Assembly (NCBI GenBank): GCA_049523135.1
Contig: JBEKNE010000001.1
Location: 146,095 to 210,094, forward strand
From: Candidatus Microgenomates bacterium
GTDB lineage: Bacteria > Patescibacteriota > Microgenomatia > UBA8517
Direction of reading: 5' to 3'
Length of the DNA stretch: 64,000 nt
The notes beneath the pieces are model-generated. The model saw only the letters and a list, made by a program, of their open reading frames with translations. It ran no database searches and was not told where the DNA came from. Made by a program: the position numbers and the translations under genes. Shown here piece after piece: positions 1 through 7,103 of the stretch (positions within the stretch are counted from its first letter, which is position 1; each line of letters begins with the position of its first letter).

Positions 1-1
1 A

Positions 2-340
2 GTCAAGTATTATTTGCGTTACGCAGATGATTTTGTGATAGTGAGCGGAAATAAAAAATATCTTGGGAAACTAATTATTCAAATATATAATTTTTTGCAA
101 AGCCAACTTAGACTCTTTCTTCATCCCGATAAAGTTTATATAAGAAAATATTCCCAGGGGATAGACTTTTTAGGTTATATTGTTCTCCCACATTATAAAG
201 TTGTGAGAACAAAAACAAAGAAAAGAATTATTAAGAAATTGAATAGAAAAAATCTTGCATCTTATATGGGTGTTTTATCTCATGCGAATAGTTTTAGGTT
301 GGAACAGTCTTTACGAAATATGCTTCTGAAAGATATATAA
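2..340 (+). CDS. Reverse transcriptase, C-terminal part (5'-truncated by window edge), most like a diversity-generating retroelement (DGR) RT
   Basis: Open frame from base 2: VKYYLRYADDFVIV (YADD catalytic motif), LHPDK, GIDFLGY (RT domain 7), short thumb ending SYMGVLSHAN as in DGR RTs. No En domain; next gene starts 9 nt after the stop. Confidence 0.85.
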   Translation, partial: VKYYLRYADDFVIVSGNKKYLGKLIIQIYNFLQSQLRLFLHPDKVYIRKYSQGIDFLGYIVLPHYKVVRTKTKKRIIKKLNRKNLASYMGVLSHANSFRLEQSLRNMLLKDI

Positions 341-349
341 TAGGAAAAT

Positions 350-1294
350 ATGAAAACTTGTTTAGTAACTGGCGGGGCAGGATTTATTGGAAGCTATCTT
401 TGTGATCTCTTAATTGGAAAGGGTTACAAAGTAATTTGTCTGGATAATCTTCTGACCGGTTCCAAGAAAAATATAGAACACCTTCTGAGTAATCCCAACT
501 TTGAATTTATCGAAGGGGATACCACTCAACCAAGTGAAAAGCTGTTCGGTAAGCCCATCGATTATATTTTTCATCTTGCTTCCCCCGCGTCTCCTATTGA
601 TTATCAAAATTACTCGGAAGAGACACTATTAGCCAATTCTATGGGAACTTTAAATATACTGAAATTAGCTAAAGAAACTGGAGCGAAAGTTCTTATAACT
701 TCAACATCTGAAATCTACGGAGACCCACTTGAGCACCCACAGAAGGAGACTTATTTTGGAAATGTTAACACTTTTGGGCCGCGCTCCTGTTATGACGAGA
801 GCAAAAGATTCGGGGAAGCGGCTACTTATGTCTTTTTGGCTAAATACGGAATTGATGCAAGAATAATTAGAATTTTTAATACCTATGGTCCAAGAATGCA
901 GAAGGATGACGGGCGGGTAGTAAGCAGTTTTATTAATAAGGCTCTTGCAAACGAGACGATAAATGTTGACGGTGACGGAACTCAAACGAGGTCGTTTTGT
1001 TTTGTATCCGATATGGTTGAGGGAATTATGAAGGCAATGTTTACCGAAGGAACAAAAGGGGAAATATTTAATTTAGGTAACCCTGACGAATATAAAATCA
1101 AAGATCTGGCGAATAAAATTATTGTTCTAACCGGTTCAAAATCGGACATCAAATATAACGGAAAATTCAGAGAAGATGATCCCATGAGGAGACAGCCTGA
1201 TATTTCAAAGGCCAAAGAAAAATTGGGTTGGGAGCCAATAGTAGGTTTGGAAGAAGGACTTCAAAAAACGATTGAGTATTACAAAAATAATTAA
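350..1294 (+). CDS. NAD-dependent epimerase/dehydratase, UDP-glucuronate decarboxylase-like
   Basis: GGAGFIGS Rossmann motif, HLASPASP, STSEIYGDP, YDESKR (YxxxK), RIFNTYGPRM, DDPMRRQPDI. Confidence 0.9.
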   Translation: MKTCLVTGGAGFIGSYLCDLLIGKGYKVICLDNLLTGSKKNIEHLLSNPNFEFIEGDTTQPSEKLFGKPIDYIFHLASPASPIDYQNYSEETLLANSMGTLNILKLAKETGAKVLITSTSEIYGDPLEHPQKETYFGNVNTFGPRSCYDESKRFGEAATYVFLAKYGIDARIIRIFNTYGPRMQKDDGRVVSSFINKALANETINVDGDGTQTRSFCFVSDMVEGIMKAMFTEGTKGEIFNLGNPDEYKIKDLANKIIVLTGSKSDIKYNGKFREDDPMRRQPDISKAKEKLGWEPIVGLEEGLQKTIEYYKNN

Positions 1295-2781
1295 ACCTTC
1301 TCGGTGACTTTATATTGAATATATTTTCCCAGCATTAGCCTCGTGTGGGCGTCGATGCCGGGAAGAGCAGAAAAGAAAAATCCGGCGATAGGCAATAAAA
1401 TAAATTCAAACGGGGTCAGAATTAATCTGAAAAGAGAAAAATTATTCGGTCTTTTGGGTTTATGCATATTGTCAATTACTATCATTATGACCAGGAAGAC
1501 AAGCGAGATTGTCAGAATAAAAGATGAGAGTCTGGGGACGGTGTAACCTAATGCAGTTCTTCCGAAAGCGGGATTGAGAAGCGTCGGAACAGTAAGTCCA
1601 ACCGTGATAATAAACCAGTTAACTGGCCAGAGGAAGTGGGACCAGATAACCTGCATCAGTCTTGTTGTCTTATCCCAAAAAGGAATGTCACGGGCCAGAA
1701 GATAACTTTTAATTATCCAGGGATCATCACTTACACCCCAAGCCCAACGCTGAATTTGCTGATATTGGTTTTGTAAAGTTTTCCAAAAGGAAGTGGATTG
1801 AGCCGCATCAGCCATTAAGGGTAGGTATATAGGGTCAACTTCAATTCCGCCACCGCTTTTGTAAAAGGCTTTGAAAAATATTCCCCAATCTTCCGGAATT
1901 TTATCCGCATCCCAATAACCGACACCGTCAAGCAATTTATATGAAAGTGAGTAATTTTGGGCATTAATTAAGCGGTCTTTACGGGGAAGCTGGGAAAGGT
2001 TCCAGATTGTCATCAAAGTATTCGGAACGCGGGTTATAGCTGGAATTTCCCAAATATTGTTATAAAACATAACCGAAGGTTGCCAGAACATTTTATATCG
2101 TGCAGGATTGTCCAAGAACTTAAAGGTTAAACAGGCAAAGTGTTTGGGGTGAAATTTGTGGTCTGCATCACATGATGTAACAGTGAAATAATTAATATCC
2201 AACTTATTTGGGTCAATGTAGTTTTCTTTAACCCAGATGGCCGCGTGCCGCTCATTTGAAGCTTTGCCGGCAACTTCACCCATTTTAAGTTCATGAACAG
2301 TCATAAACATGTGCCCGAAAGTTTTTCCGTATTTGGCTTTCAGCACTTCCCATTTGGCATTTCTATCTTGAGCGATTTCTTTTCCTTCCATGGCCAAAAC
2401 AGGAATGATTTGCTTTGTCGGAAATTCCTGAGAAGCAAGAGAATCAAGAGTTCTTTCAAGAATATGAAGGGGCTCTTTATAAGTCGGGATAATTACAACA
2501 TGCCGTACTTTTTCCCAATCGGGGAATCCTTTTACATCTCCCATCCAGTCGTAAACCTTTGCCGCTTGAATTCTGGTATGGGAAATTATTGAGGAAATTG
2601 CAATTTGAAGCGACTGATAGAACCAGTAAATGTTAAAAAATAGAATAAAGTAAGCTACAAATACAGGAAAAACAAAAATTCCCCAGTAGGGAAGAAGAAT
2701 CAGGTTCCAGGAAACAAATCCGGGAAGAATTTCCAAAGCCCGCAATATTCCTTTGTCGTGTTTGATTATAAAATCGCGCAT
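1291..2781 (-). CDS. Membrane-bound processive-type glycosyltransferase family 2
   Basis: IPTYKE, GKASN, DAD, PEDW and QIQRW (QxxRW) motifs; N- and C-terminal TM helices. Confidence 0.85.
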   Translation of the reverse strand: MRDFIIKHDKGILRALEILPGFVSWNLILLPYWGIFVFPVFVAYFILFFNIYWFYQSLQIAISSIISHTRIQAAKVYDWMGDVKGFPDWEKVRHVVIIPTYKEPLHILERTLDSLASQEFPTKQIIPVLAMEGKEIAQDRNAKWEVLKAKYGKTFGHMFMTVHELKMGEVAGKASNERHAAIWVKENYIDPNKLDINYFTVTSCDADHKFHPKHFACLTFKFLDNPARYKMFWQPSVMFYNNIWEIPAITRVPNTLMTIWNLSQLPRKDRLINAQNYSLSYKLLDGVGYWDADKIPEDWGIFFKAFYKSGGGIEVDPIYLPLMADAAQSTSFWKTLQNQYQQIQRWAWGVSDDPWIIKSYLLARDIPFWDKTTRLMQVIWSHFLWPVNWFIITVGLTVPTLLNPAFGRTALGYTVPRLSSFILTISLVFLVIMIVIDNMHKPKRPNNFSLFRLILTPFEFILLPIAGFFFSALPGIDAHTRLMLGKYIQYKVTEKV

Positions 2782-2791
2782 AACTAGTATT

Positions 2792-4333
2792 TTAACTCAA
2801 ACGGGAGAAGAGTGGGTCGATTGGTACAATTTCTGTTCCAGGCTTAAGATTTGTCCAGCTATCTTTAGAATTTGGATTCTCGGTAAGTAAACCTTTTATT
2901 TGCAAGGCTTTGGCAATTTTTAATGAAGTTTCCGGCATAAATGGGTAAATTTGCCAGGCGATTTGGTGTAGAGAGTCTAATACTCCATAAATAATCCAAT
3001 CAAATTTTTCTTGATCATTTCCAATTAAACTCCAGGGTTCATTTATATTTATATATTTATCGACATCGTTTATAAATTCCCAAACAGATTTAATTGCTTC
3101 ATCAAATCTGTATTCTGGTAAGAATGCATCTATGTCCTTCCAGACTTTTTTCCAGTTGTGAATAGATTCATCAATTCTTAATGGATGATCATCTGCGACC
3201 TTATTTCCAATATCAGGAACTTTTCCGCTACAACCTTTTATTGCTAAAGAAATTGTTCTTGCAACCAAGTTTCCCAGCCCATTAGCAAGTTCGCCGTTAT
3301 AAGTTGCTTTAAACTTTTCAAAAGTGAAATCTGAATCTTCAAACGGATTAATTTTTGCCAGGAGATAATAACGGAGAGCATCGGTTCCGTATTTTTCTGC
3401 AACTTCAATTGGGTTAATTGTGTTTCCAAGACTCTTGCTGATTTTTTGCCCGTTAACTGTAATAAATCCGTGGATAAAAACTTGTTTGGAATTTGGAAGT
3501 CCTGCAGAAAGAAGCATTGCCTGCCAAATAGCAGTTTGCTGGCGCAAATTATCTTTCCCTGCGACCTGAATTCCCGGCCAGAAATTTTCATAATTTTTGA
3601 TATCCTTCGGCCAACCCAAAGTAGAAATGTAATTGATCAAAGCATCAAACCAAACATACATTACTTGTGTATTGTCTTCTGGAACAGGGATTCCCCATGG
3701 CATCTTGCTTTTAAGCCGTGAGATAGAAAAATCCTGTAAGCCTTCTTTGACAAAAGATTTAATTTCATTGAATTTGCCGGCAGGAACAACAAAATCGGGG
3801 TTTTTATCGTAAAAATCCAAAAGCGGCTTTTGGTATTTTGAAAACTTAAAGAAATAGTTTTCCTCCTCAATTATTTCAAGTTCCTGGTTTGGGTGAAGCG
3901 GGCAACGGCTGTCGACCAGTTCAGAATCGGTTTTTTCCAGCTCACAGCCGACGCAATACTTGGTTTTGTAAAGTTTTTTATAAATATCGCCGTTTTTATC
4001 ACAGAGTTTCCAAAATTCCTGTGCGGCTTTAATGTGTTTGGGATCGGTGGTTCTAATGAAGTTCGTATAGCTGAGGTTTAGGGCTTTTTTAAGAGCATCG
4101 AATTTTGCGGCATATTCATCACAGTATTCCTGCGGGTCGCGCCCCAGTTCCTTTGCCTTTTGATAAATCTTTTGGCCATGCTCATCCGTGCCGAAGTTAA
4201 AGACAACCTCTTCACTCAAAAGTTTGTGGTAGCGGGCTAGGGCGTCCGCCTGCACGATTTCCAAAGCAAATCCCACGTGCGGGTCAGAATTTACATATGG
4301 TAATGCTGTTGTAATATAAAATTTGTTTTTCAT
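2792..4333 (-). CDS. metG: Methionyl-tRNA synthetase
   Basis: FYITTALPYVN..PHVGF (HIGH variant), GTDEHGQKI, YCVGCE knuckle, YVWFDALINY, KISKS (KMSKS). Confidence 0.97.
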   Translation of the reverse strand: MKNKFYITTALPYVNSDPHVGFALEIVQADALARYHKLLSEEVVFNFGTDEHGQKIYQKAKELGRDPQEYCDEYAAKFDALKKALNLSYTNFIRTTDPKHIKAAQEFWKLCDKNGDIYKKLYKTKYCVGCELEKTDSELVDSRCPLHPNQELEIIEEENYFFKFSKYQKPLLDFYDKNPDFVVPAGKFNEIKSFVKEGLQDFSISRLKSKMPWGIPVPEDNTQVMYVWFDALINYISTLGWPKDIKNYENFWPGIQVAGKDNLRQQTAIWQAMLLSAGLPNSKQVFIHGFITVNGQKISKSLGNTINPIEVAEKYGTDALRYYLLAKINPFEDSDFTFEKFKATYNGELANGLGNLVARTISLAIKGCSGKVPDIGNKVADDHPLRIDESIHNWKKVWKDIDAFLPEYRFDEAIKSVWEFINDVDKYININEPWSLIGNDQEKFDWIIYGVLDSLHQIAWQIYPFMPETSLKIAKALQIKGLLTENPNSKDSWTNLKPGTEIVPIDPLFSRLS

Positions 4334-5292
4334 AACTGAATTGTACCATTTTGTACCCTCGAATTGATGTTTTCCATAACTTTTGTGAAGTCAGACCTCC
4401 TTTTTGAGTGTCTAAGGTAAAGGAAGACTAACTTATGTAACACTGCGAGGGATTTAGAGTCGTTAATGGTAATTCTCCAGAAATCATTGTTTTGGCCTAC
4501 TCTTTTTTGTCTCTCGAGAATATAAATTGATTTTATTTTGTGTATTTTTAGCCATGTGTGAATTTGTTCAAGTATTTCCTTATCATATGATCCCAGTCGG
4601 AATCTTGATCTTTTATCGTAAATGCCGAAACTTCCTTCTGCATCAATATATCCACCAACAAAGGCCGCCATGTTGGTATTACTTAAAAGAATCCATTTTT
4701 CGATATTTTTACTTTTGGGTAATAGAAATAAAAAGGATGGATGGAGAATTGTCGAAAAACTCATGACACCAATTTTATTTGGCTTACTAACCCAGACTTT
4801 GGAATATTTTTTAAAAAGATTTTTGACCAATATGATCTGATCATTTTTGGTGGTATTGGTGCCTACTAAAATCATTTTAGTTTTTGGGCTTGATTGCCTT
4901 ATGCCTAAATCCCCTAAACGAAAACCTATCATGTAGGCTTTTTCTTTTAACGACCCGTTAAATGCTAGTTTTTTTCCGGTATTTGCCTCCCAACTATCAC
5001 GTAGGGGGATATTAAAATTTCTCATTCTCTTTAATATACCAGAAGCAGTCATGTGATAAGTGATACCAATCTGTTTAAGTGATAGATGTTTGTTTTGATA
5101 CAAATCTAATAAGGCATCCTTACTAATTAACGGCTTTCTAATTGACCGTGTTTTTATATGATATTTTTTGAGATATCTATAAACAGTTTTCGGATCACAA
5201 TTTAAAATTGTGGCAATTTTATAAGTAGATAATTTATCTTTTATGTACAATCTATTTAGTTCAGAATCAGAGGTATTCGGAGAGTGTCTCAT
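4330..5292 (-). CDS. Free-standing double-motif LAGLIDADG homing endonuclease with N-terminal HTH repeats
   Basis: Motifs AYMIGFRLGDLG and AFVGGYIDAEGSF; two N-terminal HTH-like units (LYIKDKLSTYKIATILNCDPKTVYRYL, LYQNKHLSLKQIGITY); visibly AT-richer than flanks; stop overlaps metG ATG (ATGA). Confidence 0.88.
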   Translation of the reverse strand: MRHSPNTSDSELNRLYIKDKLSTYKIATILNCDPKTVYRYLKKYHIKTRSIRKPLISKDALLDLYQNKHLSLKQIGITYHMTASGILKRMRNFNIPLRDSWEANTGKKLAFNGSLKEKAYMIGFRLGDLGIRQSSPKTKMILVGTNTTKNDQIILVKNLFKKYSKVWVSKPNKIGVMSFSTILHPSFLFLLPKSKNIEKWILLSNTNMAAFVGGYIDAEGSFGIYDKRSRFRLGSYDKEILEQIHTWLKIHKIKSIYILERQKRVGQNNDFWRITINDSKSLAVLHKLVFLYLRHSKRRSDFTKVMENINSRVQNGTIQL

Positions 5293-5297
5293 AATTT

Positions 5298-5326
5298 ATA
5301 TTAACCAATCTAGAAGATTAAATCAA
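5298..5326 (-). promoter_or_regulatory. Sigma70-type leaderless promoter of the endonuclease, with a palindrome in the spacer
   Basis: Minus strand TTGATT (5326-5321), 17 nt, TAATAT (5303-5298), 5 nt, ATG; inverted repeat AATCT-N3-AGATT at 5307-5319. Confidence 0.65.
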
Positions 5327-5329
5327 GCT

Positions 5330-5388
5330 TTATGGCTTAGCATTAACGTAGGGCGAGGTGGTGATGATGTAATATTTTTCTTGTCCAC
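5330..5388 (-). pseudogene. metG: Decayed original 5' end of metG
   Basis: GTG start, one frameshift in an A5 run, then KYYIITTSPYVNAKP-stop, in register with KFYITTALPYVNSDPH of intact MetG; TACAAT -10 lies 6 nt upstream (5400-5395). Confidence 0.8.
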
Positions 5389-5421
5389 ACTCGTATTGTA
5401 CAGCGAAATTGGGGATCGAGG

Positions 5422-5751
5422 CTACTTTTTGGAGAGATTCTTGATACGCTTCGCCCAGACATTGGCCCATTCTTCAGCCTCCATATATTTTATGGCAAGC
5501 TTGATGCCGGGCTTTTCCATTATTTTTTTGACGTCTTTAATATATTTGTCGGTTACACCGAGATTATTTTGGATAATGTCATCGGGACGTTTTTTTCTAA
5601 TCCAGTAAACTACCGCCAGTTTTTTAATAAGTTTTTCATAGTCGTTCTCCATTAAATCTTCCAAAACAGAATCAATCTCTTTTTTATCTTTTAAGTCCTC
5701 AATGAGTTGAAGAAATGTTTGTTTTAAGGTTTTTTGAAGCGAGGAATTCAT
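5422..5751 (-). CDS. TrpR/YerC-YecD-like DNA-binding protein
   Basis: LEDLM..DYEKLIKKLAVVYWI....DDIIQNNLGVT resembles the TrpR-like HTH family. Confidence 0.6.
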   Translation of the reverse strand: MNSSLQKTLKQTFLQLIEDLKDKKEIDSVLEDLMENDYEKLIKKLAVVYWIRKKRPDDIIQNNLGVTDKYIKDVKKIMEKPGIKLAIKYMEAEEWANVWAKRIKNLSKK

Positions 5752-6083
5752 CTAAGAGTGAAATATAGCTCGATACAGACTGCTATTGCAACTATCAGAA
5801 TTAAATTCAATATGTTTCCAACCCCAAGATAAAAAAGAATCAGAAAAAGAGTTGACGCAATTGTGGCTACCATTCCGCGGCGGCTATTGGCAAAAATCAG
5901 GGAAAAAGTAAAAAGGAAACAAGCAAAAATCAAGAGGAAGAAAAGATAAATAACTCCGAATGTTCCCGGGTCAACAAAATAAATTAGGCCGCCCAGAAGT
6001 ATCCAGAGAAGAACCGTAACAAGCAAAGTTGGCAGAAAATTCTTTCTTTTTAATGCCTGTTCTCTATGTGATTTTTTTCTCAC
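5748..6083 (-). CDS. Small 4-TM membrane protein
   Basis: Four hydrophobic segments; stop overlaps next start (ATGA). Confidence 0.75.
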   Translation of the reverse strand: MRKKSHREQALKRKNFLPTLLVTVLLWILLGGLIYFVDPGTFGVIYLFFLLIFACFLFTFSLIFANSRRGMVATIASTLFLILFYLGVGNILNLILIVAIAVCIELYFTLR

Positions 6084-6110
6084 TTTGGTGTGTTAGAATA
6101 GTCTGACCTT

Positions 6111-7103
6111 ATGGACCCGATTATTACACTCATTATAGTCTTAGCGGCCCTTGTTATTGTAGCTGTATTTATCAACAAAAAATTAAACGATTTAAAAGAA
6201 TCACAAAAACCTTCAGAAGAACTTCTGGAAGTGATTAAAATGCTTCAAACAGGAAGTAAAGAGGATAGACGTGTTCTTCTTAACTCGCTTCAGCAAAATA
6301 CGCAAGCGATGAATGAAAGACTTGATAACGCCGCAAGAGTGATTTCTCAAGTTCAAAAAAACATTGGGGAATTTTCCGAAATCGGGCGGGGGATGAAAGA
6401 TCTTCAGGATTTTTTGAGAAGCCCGAAACTTAGAGGAAATGTTGGAGAACGAGTTTTGAAAGAAATGCTGGGACAGTTTTTACCCAAGGAATCATTTAAT
6501 TTGCAATATACTTTTAAAAGCGGAGACAAAGTTGATGCAGCCATAAAAACTTCAGCTGGAATTATTCCCGTTGATTCAAAATTCCCGATGGAAAATTTCA
6601 GAAAAATGAGTGGGGAGGGGACTGATGCGGAAAAGAAACTATATGAAAAAGATTTTGTTAAGGATGTTAAGACCCATATTGATGCAATTTCCAGAAAATA
6701 TATTTTAACTGAAGAAGGAACTATTGATTATGCCCTGATGTACATTCCTTCGGAGGGGGTTTATTACGAAGTTGTAAATAATCAGGATCTTTTTGATTAT
6801 TCACAGGAGAAGAGAGTTCTTCCGGTTTCTCCGACAACATTTTATGCATATCTAAGGGCAATTTTGATGAGCTTTGAGGGACAAAAAATAGATCTTAAAG
6901 CAAAAGAAATCCTTTCTTCACTTCGCGCAATACAAAAAGACTATGGAAAAGTTGAGGAAAATTTGGGAACTCTTCAAAAACATATGACAAATGCTTATAA
7001 CATGATGACTAATGTCTTTTCTTCATTTACATCTCTTGGACAAAAAATCAGTTCGACTCAAAATTTGGGAGGAGAAATTGAAAAGAAAAAAGAGTTGGAC
7101 TAA
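6111..7103 (+). CDS. rmuC: DNA recombination protein RmuC
   Basis: N-terminal TM and coiled coil; PKLRGNVGE, VDAAI, PVDSKFP, YALMYIPSEGVY, VSPTT. Confidence 0.92.
   Translation: MDPIITLIIVLAALVIVAVFINKKLNDLKESQKPSEELLEVIKMLQTGSKEDRRVLLNSLQQNTQAMNERLDNAARVISQVQKNIGEFSEIGRGMKDLQDFLRSPKLRGNVGERVLKEMLGQFLPKESFNLQYTFKSGDKVDAAIKTSAGIIPVDSKFPMENFRKMSGEGTDAEKKLYEKDFVKDVKTHIDAISRKYILTEEGTIDYALMYIPSEGVYYEVVNNQDLFDYSQEKRVLPVSPTTFYAYLRAILMSFEGQKIDLKAKEILSSLRAIQKDYGKVEENLGTLQKHMTNAYNMMTNVFSSFTSLGQKISSTQNLGGEIEKKKELD

Larger units (their letters stand above)
4280..5332 (-). mobile_element. Putative intron-less homing cassette: promoter + LAGLIDADG gene + replacement metG 5' end
   Basis: Bounded by two versions of the metG N-terminal coding segment; the upstream one breaks off exactly before the His codon of the HIGH motif. 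Confidence 0.7.

Noticed and set aside
2-350. Group II intron RT
   Set aside because: No En domain and no DV/DVI RNA after the stop; the next gene starts 9 nt later.
4280-5388. Group I intron or intein in metG
   Set aside because: No room for a ribozyme core (about 40 nt upstream, overlap downstream), no Hint motifs, the upstream fragment is frameshifted, and downstream metG has a complete N-terminus.
5243-5608. 121-aa + strand ORF
   Set aside because: Antisense shadow of the endonuclease start, metG remnant and TrpR-like gene; no motifs.
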